Source of the DNA: an uncultured Acidimicrobiales bacterium
GTDB taxonomy: Bacteria; Actinomycetota; Acidimicrobiia; Acidimicrobiales; SHLQ01
Length of the DNA stretch: 64,000 nt
Assembly: GCA_964451305.1 (NCBI GenBank)
Contig: CAYVHV010000014.1
Coordinates: forward strand, 345 to 64,344
Reading direction: 5' to 3'
Each line of letters starts with the position of its first letter. Positions within the stretch are counted from its first letter, which is position 1. This document shows positions 1-7,596 of this stretch, piece by piece. Below the pieces are notes generated by a model. That model saw nothing but the letters and a program-made list of their open reading frames with translations. It did no database searches and was not told the DNA's origin. Both the position numbers and the translations under genes were made by a program.

Positions 1-240
1 ATCATGATGCACCAGCCACTCGGCGGTGTTCAGGGCCAGGCATCAGATATTGCGATCCAGGCAGATCAGATGGGCAAGACCAAGAAGCTGCTTCAGGCGC
101 TCATTGCCGAGCACACCGGTCAAACCTTCGAACAGATCGAAGCCGACTCCGATCGCGACCGCTGGTTCACCGCAGCCGAAGCCAAGGAATACGGCATCAT
201 CGACGAGGTCATCACCTCCCGTGGAGACATCACCAAGTAA
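1..240 (+). CDS. clpP: ATP-dependent Clp protease proteolytic subunit, C-terminal part (5' truncated)
   Basis: MMHQPLGG (catalytic His), GQASDIAIQA, DSDRDRWFTAAEAKEYGIIDEV are ClpP signatures. Confidence 0.95.
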   Translation: MMMHQPLGGVQGQASDIAIQADQMGKTKKLLQALIAEHTGQTFEQIEADSDRDRWFTAAEAKEYGIIDEVITSRGDITK

Positions 241-276
241 TTCGCAAGCGGCTCCGCCGCTGGTTTTTTTGCGAAT
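240..276 (+). terminator. Intrinsic terminator-like hairpin after clpP
   Basis: agcgg-ctccg-ccgct (247-261) followed by ggTTTTTTT; flanked by attcgcaa/ttgcgaat inverted repeat. Confidence 0.55.
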
Positions 277-282
277 GACGTT

Positions 283-421
283 GGTGATCCTGTTCTCCCC
301 TTCGGGGAGCGTTCAAGCGGCACGCAGCCTGAACGCCGGAGGCGGTGTTTGCTGTCCTGCTCACCTACCGAAATTTGAAGGCTGATGGTTCTGTAAGGAC
401 CAAGACTCTTCAAATTTCGGT
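283..421. repeat. REP-like cluster of hairpins between convergent clpP and rpe
   Basis: ctcccc-ttc-ggggag (295-309), gcgttca/tgaacgc (309-336), ggtga/tcacc (283/365), 14-bp IR accgaaatttgaag/cttcaaatttcggt (367-380/408-421) with inner tggttc/ggacca stem. Confidence 0.5.
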
Positions 422-1092
422 TACTGGGCGGCTTCGGCCTTTGCTCGTAGGTCGGCTACGCCCTCGGCGAGCGAGTCATAACGGAAGAGCGCGCTGCCGC
501 TGATGAGGACGTTGGCGCCCGCTCCGGCCGCGCCCGCAATGGTGTCTGCGCTGATGCCGCCATCGACCTCGATGTCGACATCATGACCACCGGCGTCGAG
601 CATGGTCCGGCACGCAGCGATCTTTGGCTCCATCGTTTGGATGTACTTCTGGCCACCGAAACCAGGGTTGACCGTCATGATCAACACCATCTCGACCAAG
701 TCGAGGACGTGCTCGATCTCAGACAACGGAGTCGACGGATTTAGCGCCACCGCCGCGCTGCCGCCGAGATCGGCCACGTTCGCGAGCGTGCGGTGCAGAT
801 GCTTCGACGTTTCCGCGTGGACGATCAGCAGGTCACAACCAGCGTCGATGTATTGTTTCGCCATGAGATCGGGGTCAGCGACCATCAGGTGGGCCTCGAA
901 TCGCACGTCGGTGTGCGGCCGACACGCAGCGATTACGTCGGGGCCAAAGGTGAGGTTGGGAACGAAGTTGCCGTCCATCACATCCCATTGGATGCGATCG
1001 ACGCCAGCGTCTCCCAGACGGCGGCACTCCTCTCCGAGGTTGGAGAAGTCGGCGGGAAGGACGGAGGGCACAATTTCGATCCGGCGTGTCAT
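421..1092 (-). CDS. rpe: Ribulose-phosphate 3-epimerase
   Basis: PSVLPADF, DVMDGNFVPNLTFG, EAHLMV, MTVNPGFGGQ, EVDGG motifs. Confidence 0.97.
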   Translation of the reverse strand: MTRRIEIVPSVLPADFSNLGEECRRLGDAGVDRIQWDVMDGNFVPNLTFGPDVIAACRPHTDVRFEAHLMVADPDLMAKQYIDAGCDLLIVHAETSKHLHRTLANVADLGGSAAVALNPSTPLSEIEHVLDLVEMVLIMTVNPGFGGQKYIQTMEPKIAACRTMLDAGGHDVDIEVDGGISADTIAGAAGAGANVLISGSALFRYDSLAEGVADLRAKAEAAQ

Positions 1093-1137
1093 GTCTCGAA
1101 TCTAGGGGACTGGAACCGCAACGCCTATATTGCGATG

Positions 1138-2376
1138 GTGACGAGCGAGCCAGCACTGACAGAGATCGAGGTTCGGGTCATCCGCCCAGCCAACGGGGGT
1201 GCGGGCGTCGGACAAGACGCGCACGGCCGGACGACCTTCTGCGAAGGTGCACTTCCAGGCGAGCGGGTGCGCGTTGGGCTGACCCAAGAGAAGAAGCGTT
1301 TCGCTCGCGGCATCGTGACCGAAGTCCTCGAACCAGCCGACGACCGCATCTACGCCCAGTGTCCGACACATCATGTGGGATGCGGGGGCTGCGACATGGC
1401 CCACGGCAACGACGACATCCAACGAACGGTTAAAGCGCACGTCGTGCGCGATGCGCTCTCGAGAATCGGCCGGGTCGATCCCGAGACGATCGAACGCTCG
1501 TGGCTCGGATTCACCGAACCGGCAAAACCCGGCTGGTACCGGACGACCGCTCGGCTCGCCGTGGCTCGAGACCGAATTGGGTATCGAGCAGCCCGAAGCC
1601 ATGACGTCGTCGACGTGACGGCATGTGGCGTAGTGCACCCGTTGGTCGAAGAGGTCGTTCTCGATGGCCGCTTTCCGAAGGAGAGTGGCCCTGAGGTCAT
1701 GATTCGGGCGAGCCATGCCACGGGTGAACGCATGGTCATCGTCGACGGCTCCACCAACGGGGTGTCTGTGCCAGCCGACGTCACGCTCGTGAGCCAGGCA
1801 CAGATCGACGCCGGAGCCGACATCTCGATCGTCGAAGACGCGGGCGGCCGGTCATTCGTTATTTCGGCCGGATCGTTCTTCCAAGCCGGCCCGACGGTAG
1901 CGACCGACCTCGTCGCTGCGGTCTCGGCAGCAGCCGGTGACCTGACCGGACGTGCGGTCGTCGACGCCTACTCCGGTGTTGGCCTGTTCGCTGGCACCGT
2001 CGCTGCGGCCAGTAATTCCCTGACCGCCGTCGAGCTCTCGTCCAGCTCGATTCGCGATGCTCGTCGAAACCTTGAGGATCAACGACTCTCCGGACAGCGG
2101 ATCGACATCGTCGAGTCCGCTGTCGAAGATTGGGACGCAACACCCGCAGAAGTCGTCATCGCCGATCCATCTCGAGCTGGACTCGGTGCCGAGGGGGTCG
2201 AAAGCCTGCTGCGGTGTCGAGCGGAGCGGTTCATCCTCGTATCGTGCGACACCGGATCGTTCGGGCGCGACGCAGGATTGCTTCGGAACGCTGGCTACGA
2301 GCTCGACTCGGTGCGGCTCGTCGACGCATTCCGCGACACCAGCCACGTCGAAACCATCGCCGCGTTTACCCGCTGA
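1138..2376 (+). CDS. TRAM-domain class I SAM-dependent RNA m5U methyltransferase (RlmD/TrmA family)
   Basis: TRAM GALPGERVRV, CPTHHVGCGGC Fe-S motif, SFFQ, DAYSGVGLF, DPSRAGL, catalytic VSCD, HVET; start placed at GTG 6 nt after TATATT (ATG 1135 also possible). Confidence 0.9.
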   Translation: MTSEPALTEIEVRVIRPANGGAGVGQDAHGRTTFCEGALPGERVRVGLTQEKKRFARGIVTEVLEPADDRIYAQCPTHHVGCGGCDMAHGNDDIQRTVKAHVVRDALSRIGRVDPETIERSWLGFTEPAKPGWYRTTARLAVARDRIGYRAARSHDVVDVTACGVVHPLVEEVVLDGRFPKESGPEVMIRASHATGERMVIVDGSTNGVSVPADVTLVSQAQIDAGADISIVEDAGGRSFVISAGSFFQAGPTVATDLVAAVSAAAGDLTGRAVVDAYSGVGLFAGTVAAASNSLTAVELSSSSIRDARRNLEDQRLSGQRIDIVESAVEDWDATPAEVVIADPSRAGLGAEGVESLLRCRAERFILVSCDTGSFGRDAGLLRNAGYELDSVRLVDAFRDTSHVETIAAFTR

Positions 2377-2484
2377 GCGCGTAAACCGTCTGGGTCGGAT
2401 TGCCCATAAAGCTCCAGCCGCTCCGGTTCTACTCTCGTACACAGGTGCCCTTGGGTACACGAGTGTTGGGAACAAGAACCTTCG

Positions 2485-5400
2485 GTGTTTCGTTTTTTTG
2501 TCGATTCGGATTCTGCAGAGCGCGACGATGGTCGCGCCCTCGCGGTGTCAATCGAACGCGAAGATGCAACAATCGCTGACCTTGCAGTCGCGCTCTCGCT
2601 GCCCGAATCGGCGCTCGTCATCGACGGCGTCGTCCACCTCGCCGAAGTACGGCTGAGCGAGGTGTCGTTGGTCGAGGGGTCGCGCGTGAGTCCCCTGGGC
2701 CCACGCCAAGCCACCCGCTCGGGCATTGGTCGGTCATGGGTTGGAGTGGCCGGTGGGCCACATGCTGGCGTGGTCAAGCGCATGGACGCCGACGGATCGG
2801 TCACGATCGGCCGCGGTTCGATGAACGACCTCGATATCGACAACACGAGCGTCTCGGCGGTCCACGCAGTCGTCGAGAAGCGAAGCTCGGGAATGACCGT
2901 CACCGACCATGACTCGACGAACGGCACATGGGTGAATGGTCGGCCCATCACAAAGACCACCTCGCTGGCATCTGGACAACCGGCGCGAATCGGCTCTTCG
3001 ATCGTCGAGTTCATCGAGATTGATTCGACAGACAAACCGCTCGCTACCAGCGTTGCTCACGCCGAGACCGCTGGTCGGGTGTTGTTCAATCGGCCGCCCC
3101 GCGGACCGGTCGCACGAGCCCCGGACCTCGTCGCCGTCCCCGAAGCACTGCCCGAGCGAGAGAACCCAACGCTGCGGCTCGTTTCGCTACTCGTTCCGAT
3201 CCTGCTCGCCGTCGTGATGGTCGTTGCATTGGATTCGTTCCGGTTCGCACTCTTCGCGCTGCTTTCACCGTTGATGGTTCTCGGCAATTGGCTCTCGAAC
3301 CGACGCACGGTCAAGAAGGAACGAAGCGGCGATGTCGGGAATCGTCGATCGGCGCTCCAGAAGCTCCGCAAAGAGCTCGAGCACGCCGAACGCACAGAAC
3401 GAAACCGGCGTAGTCAACGCGGTCCGGGCTTGCTCGAAGTTCGTCGACGGATCGAACTGCCATCGAATCGGCTCTGGGAACGGCGCCTCGATGCCCCCGA
3501 CGCGCTCACCATGCGACTCGGCATGGGAACCGTGCAGTGGAGTCCAACGGTGACCCCGCAAATAGATGGTTCGAACGACGAGGATCGTGACGAAGAACTC
3601 GACGAGATCTTGTCGGGGGTGACAACCCTCGATGACGTTGAAGTCCTCACCGACCTTCGCGTCGGACCCATTGGATTCACTGGCCACATGGGTGACGCGC
3701 GCAACGCTGCTCGATCCGGGGTTTTGCAGCTCGCAACACATCATGGACCGGCCGACCTCGACATCACGATCCTGACCACTAGCGACAACCTCGAGGACTG
3801 GCGTTGGGCGCAGTGGCTACCGCACACCACCGACAGTAATGGTGGGCTACGAATCTTCACCGACGATCAGCACGTCGACTACGTGGCGCGCCTTCTCGAG
3901 AACGCTGACGAACGCAAGCGTGACACCGACGCCGCTCTCAACCCGGCCGTTCTGTTGGTCGTCGACGACCTCGATGCGCTGCATCGCAAGTCCAGTCCGC
4001 TCCGTCAACTGCTCGAGCGCACCGAGCAAAACATCTTCGCGATGGTTATCGCTCCGGTGCGCGACCAGCTGCCTGCCTCGATAGCAACCGTGATTCACGT
4101 CGATGGGGTCGATGGTGAGTTCGAGCTAACCCGACCATCGGACCCAGCCATCCATGAGACCGGGATTATCGACGGCCTCTCCAGCGAGGTCGCGTCCGAT
4201 ATTGCGCGCTCGATGGCCCGCTTCGAAGACCCTGAACTCGAGTCGGCAGGAGGGGCGTTGCCAGCACGAGTTACCGCGCGTGACATCTTCCCAGAATCGA
4301 TGTTCGACGACATGGCCAGTGATGCCGTCACGCGACGCTGGATCTTGGGCACTCGGGGCAACGAGCTGACGATGCCCATCGGAATCTCCGAAACCGGTCT
4401 GTTCACGGTCGATCTCATCGACGACGGACCCCATGGATTAATCGCTGGCACCACCGGAGCTGGAAAGTCAGAACTTCTCCGGACCGCCGTGCTTGGAATC
4501 GCCACCAACCATGGTCCAGACGACGTGGTCTTTGTGCTCATCGACTACAAGGGCGGCTCAGCATTCGACGCATGCGCGGCACTCCCACACGTCGTGGGGG
4601 TTGTGACAGACCTCGACGATCACCTCGCCGAGCGGGCTTTGCAGTCGCTCGAAGCCGAACTTCATCACCGAGAATCCATGCTCCGCCGGGCATCGATGGC
4701 CGACATTGGCGAGTATCGGGCCTCGGGATCCACAGACGGGCCACTTCCTCGCCTGGTCGTCGTCATCGATGAATTCGCAACCTTGCGCAGCGAACTTCCA
4801 GAATTCGTCAAGTCCCTCGTCGGCATCGCGCAACGAGGGCGAAGCCTGGGCGTTCATCTCATCCTCGCCACACAACGTCCGTCGGGAGCCGTCGACGCGA
4901 ACATCCGCGCTAATACGAACCTGCGGATTGCACTGCGAGTGCAAGACGCCTCAGATTCAACCGACGTGATCGACGATCCTCGTGCCGCCAGAATTTCGCG
5001 CACCGCTCCGGGACGCGCCTATGTTCGCCGCGGCGATGGTGACGTCGCAGCAGTACAGACCGCATACCTTTCCGGCTCGGCCGAATCCGACGGCCCAGCG
5101 GTGCGGGTAGGAGAGATTCTGCTCGGGGGATCACCGCCAGCCTTCCCGCTCGACCCTCCCGGGGGAGAAGACACCGATCTCCAGCAGCTGGTCGACACGA
5201 TTTGTCGTGCAGCCATCGATCACGACGCGCCTCGACGACCGTGGCTCGAAGAACTCCCATCACATATTGCTGACCCTGAAGAACTCCGGTTACTCGAAGC
5301 AGGCGACAACGCCCACGTCGTTCTCGCCGTTGGAGATGACCCGATGCAACAGCGTCGCGTCACCCGCGGTTGGAACCTCGACGATGGGAACCTCGCTGTT

Positions 5401-6690
5401 ATTGGAAAGGCTGGGAGCGGAGTAACCACCGCGCTACGAAGCGCCATTACGGCGCTCGGCGCAGCCCAGAACGATCGGCCGCTGTGGGTATTTCCTATCG
5501 ACCACGGCACGGGTGGACTCGACGGAGTCGACAGCTTCGCGCACGTCTCGGACCTCATTGCCGGAACCAGCGAAGCGCGTCAGGCACGACTGCTTCAGTT
5601 TCTCTCGACGACGCTCGACGAACGCCGGGCCCAACAGGGAAACCTCGGCGACCTCCCATTGATCGTCGTGGCGATCGACGGATGCGGCCCCTTTGGCGAC
5701 GCCAACGACGTCGAGTCGGGAACAGCGAATGGCGAGTTGCTCGCCCGCATTAGCCGCGATGGCCCGATGGTCGGGATCTACATGATCGTTGGTGCTCGCT
5801 CTGAGCAAGAAATCCCGCGTCCGATGCGCCGGTTCTTCCACCAGACGATCGTGCTCGAGCAATCAAATCCCCGTTCGTACGCTGATCTGGGAATCTCCAC
5901 CAAGAATCTTCCGACCTTCGTGCCGGGTCGGGCGCTCTTCGACGCAACCCCGATGGTCGCCCAGATCATCGACTGGGAATGGTCAGCGCGCAACGGAGCT
6001 GTCGAGGTCACAACCGTGACCGAACCGCCATCGATGGATGGCCTCGCACGCGATATCGGACGAAGCGGGCTACCGGCGGCCAAGATCGACCATGACCTCA
6101 CCATCCCGTTCGGGATGTCCGACAACACCCGCGCTGCGGCCACCCTAAAACTCCGAACCGGAGAACACTGCCTTATCGCCGGTCCGAGCCGAAGCGGCCG
6201 CACCAACACCCTTCGTGTCATCGCATCCCAATTGCGCGACGCCGACCGGTCACTCGTTCTCGTCGGGATCACCCCGTCCTTTGGATCACCGCTGCTCTCC
6301 GAAGGTGTCTTCGATGCGGGAGGAAGCCCAGAGGACCTCGAGAAGGTGCTCCAAACCAGTGGTGAAGAAGAGCGTCGTTGGGTCATCCTCGTCGATGATG
6401 CGGATGGATTCGATCTCGAGAGTGGTGCCCTGTACGAGATTGCTCGCAAGAATCCGGCAAACGTGACCATCATTGCGGCGGCCCGATCGTCGAGCCTTCG
6501 ACAGAGCTACGGGCATTGGACCCGTTTTGTGCGTGCCTCAGGCACCGGAATTCTTTTGCAACCCGATCCGTCGCTCGACGGGGAACTCCTCGGCGTCCGG
6601 CTCCCTCGAGGGCAACGCTTCGACGACATTGCCGGGCGTGGCTATCTGGTTCGTTCAGGCAACACCGAGATCGTCCAAGTCGCGCACTGA
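2485..6690 (+). CDS. EccC/EssC-like FtsK/SpoIIIE ATPase with N-terminal ubiquitin-like and FHA domains (type VII secretion motor)
   Basis: FHA (IGR..SVSAVHA..STNGTWVNG), two TM helices, LWERR, D1 GTTGAGKS/VVIDEFA/RGRSLGVHLILATQRP, degenerate D2 GKAGSGVT and D3 GPSRSGRT. Confidence 0.9.
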   Translation: MFRFFVDSDSAERDDGRALAVSIEREDATIADLAVALSLPESALVIDGVVHLAEVRLSEVSLVEGSRVSPLGPRQATRSGIGRSWVGVAGGPHAGVVKRMDADGSVTIGRGSMNDLDIDNTSVSAVHAVVEKRSSGMTVTDHDSTNGTWVNGRPITKTTSLASGQPARIGSSIVEFIEIDSTDKPLATSVAHAETAGRVLFNRPPRGPVARAPDLVAVPEALPERENPTLRLVSLLVPILLAVVMVVALDSFRFALFALLSPLMVLGNWLSNRRTVKKERSGDVGNRRSALQKLRKELEHAERTERNRRSQRGPGLLEVRRRIELPSNRLWERRLDAPDALTMRLGMGTVQWSPTVTPQIDGSNDEDRDEELDEILSGVTTLDDVEVLTDLRVGPIGFTGHMGDARNAARSGVLQLATHHGPADLDITILTTSDNLEDWRWAQWLPHTTDSNGGLRIFTDDQHVDYVARLLENADERKRDTDAALNPAVLLVVDDLDALHRKSSPLRQLLERTEQNIFAMVIAPVRDQLPASIATVIHVDGVDGEFELTRPSDPAIHETGIIDGLSSEVASDIARSMARFEDPELESAGGALPARVTARDIFPESMFDDMASDAVTRRWILGTRGNELTMPIGISETGLFTVDLIDDGPHGLIAGTTGAGKSELLRTAVLGIATNHGPDDVVFVLIDYKGGSAFDACAALPHVVGVVTDLDDHLAERALQSLEAELHHRESMLRRASMADIGEYRASGSTDGPLPRLVVVIDEFATLRSELPEFVKSLVGIAQRGRSLGVHLILATQRPSGAVDANIRANTNLRIALRVQDASDSTDVIDDPRAARISRTAPGRAYVRRGDGDVAAVQTAYLSGSAESDGPAVRVGEILLGGSPPAFPLDPPGGEDTDLQQLVDTICRAAIDHDAPRRPWLEELPSHIADPEELRLLEAGDNAHVVLAVGDDPMQQRRVTRGWNLDDGNLAVIGKAGSGVTTALRSAITALGAAQNDRPLWVFPIDHGTGGLDGVDSFAHVSDLIAGTSEARQARLLQFLSTTLDERRAQQGNLGDLPLIVVAIDGCGPFGDANDVESGTANGELLARISRDGPMVGIYMIVGARSEQEIPRPMRRFFHQTIVLEQSNPRSYADLGISTKNLPTFVPGRALFDATPMVAQIIDWEWSARNGAVEVTTVTEPPSMDGLARDIGRSGLPAAKIDHDLTIPFGMSDNTRAAATLKLRTGEHCLIAGPSRSGRTNTLRVIASQLRDADRSLVLVGITPSFGSPLLSEGVFDAGGSPEDLEKVLQTSGEEERRWVILVDDADGFDLESGALYEIARKNPANVTIIAAARSSSLRQSYGHWTRFVRASGTGILLQPDPSLDGELLGVRLPRGQRFDDIAGRGYLVRSGNTEIVQVAH

Positions 6691-6847
6691 TCTGTTTCGT
6701 CCCATCACGGGACTGACGTGTCGATCCCGAGAACATCGCTGAACGCCCGCGCGTTTAGCGATGTTCTTGAGCGTGTGCGCTCCGCCCGTTCGCTCACCCG
6801 ATTTGGATGTTGACCATTTGAATGGCACATTAGGTATCGAAACAGCA

Positions 6848-6886
6848 TGAAACGTTACAACGCGTAGCGTCGTACTACGAAGGAGA
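6848..6886 (+). promoter_or_regulatory. Candidate ECF-type promoter and RBS upstream of the WXG100-like gene
   Basis: TGAAAC-N17-CGTA (6848-6874), then AAGGAGA 8 nt before ATG 6895. Confidence 0.4.
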
Positions 6887-6894
6887 GTCTTCTC

Positions 6895-7395
6895 ATGGGT
6901 GCATCGTTTATTGGCGGCAATCTTGAATCGTTGGGTCAGGTAGCAACGCGGTTGCATGAATCTGGTGACAAGGCACTGCAAACAACCGATGGAGCGCACG
7001 CGGCAGCGCAGCGATTGACCGAAGCGATCGATGGGTCCATGGGCGAGCTCCTCACACAATTTGGAAACGTGGCGGGCGACCTCAGTGCCGACATTTCCCA
7101 GGCACACGAGCAGTTGCGGGCAGCCGACTGGCAGGGATCGTCATATGAGAACGCGGTCACGATCAAGGGCGACCTTCAAGCGCAGGTCGAACGAGTGCTC
7201 GCTGATGCCACCGCGAACTTGGAGGCCGAAAAAGTTGCGTTCGTCGGGCGAGCTGAAGCCTTGGTGGAGCAGGTGCAAGTGCAGTTCGGCGCGGTGATGG
7301 CGAACGTTCAAGGTGAATACGCGGCACTGGCCGATGCGTCAACTCGCACCATGGAGAATCTCGAAGCTGCCGATCAGACGATTCGCCTCGGGTGA
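6895..7395 (+). CDS. Elongated WXG100-like helical hairpin protein
   Basis: Ala/Gln/Leu-rich, proline-free, apparently all-helical; central WQG at residues 79-81; C-terminal ENLEAADQ; no signal peptide; directly downstream of the EccC-like ATPase. Confidence 0.72.
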   Translation: MGASFIGGNLESLGQVATRLHESGDKALQTTDGAHAAAQRLTEAIDGSMGELLTQFGNVAGDLSADISQAHEQLRAADWQGSSYENAVTIKGDLQAQVERVLADATANLEAEKVAFVGRAEALVEQVQVQFGAVMANVQGEYAALADASTRTMENLEAADQTIRLG

Positions 7396-7596
7396 ATCGG
7401 TCGACGGGTTGTCAGGAGTGACCGCGCGGTAACCAGTCGCTATATCGGCTGAGCGCTCAGCCCGTTTCGATTTGTCGATGCGTAGAAATTGGCAGACGGA
7501 TGATTTGCCAAATGTCACACTTACCGTGCTACTTTCCGAGTCCACGTTCCCCCATTGTCGGGGAACCTATTGAAACTCTTGGGGGAGGGCCCACGC

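Noticed and set aside
793..1134. N-terminal extension of the 527-aa methyltransferase ORF
   Set aside because: It overlaps rpe on the opposite strand; the TRAM domain and a -10 element place the start at 1135/1138
2485..6690. Chromosome-segregation FtsK or conjugative TraB/ICE
   Set aside because: No gamma domain; three tandem ATPase domains plus FHA match EccC/EssC; no integrase, relaxase or att sites nearby
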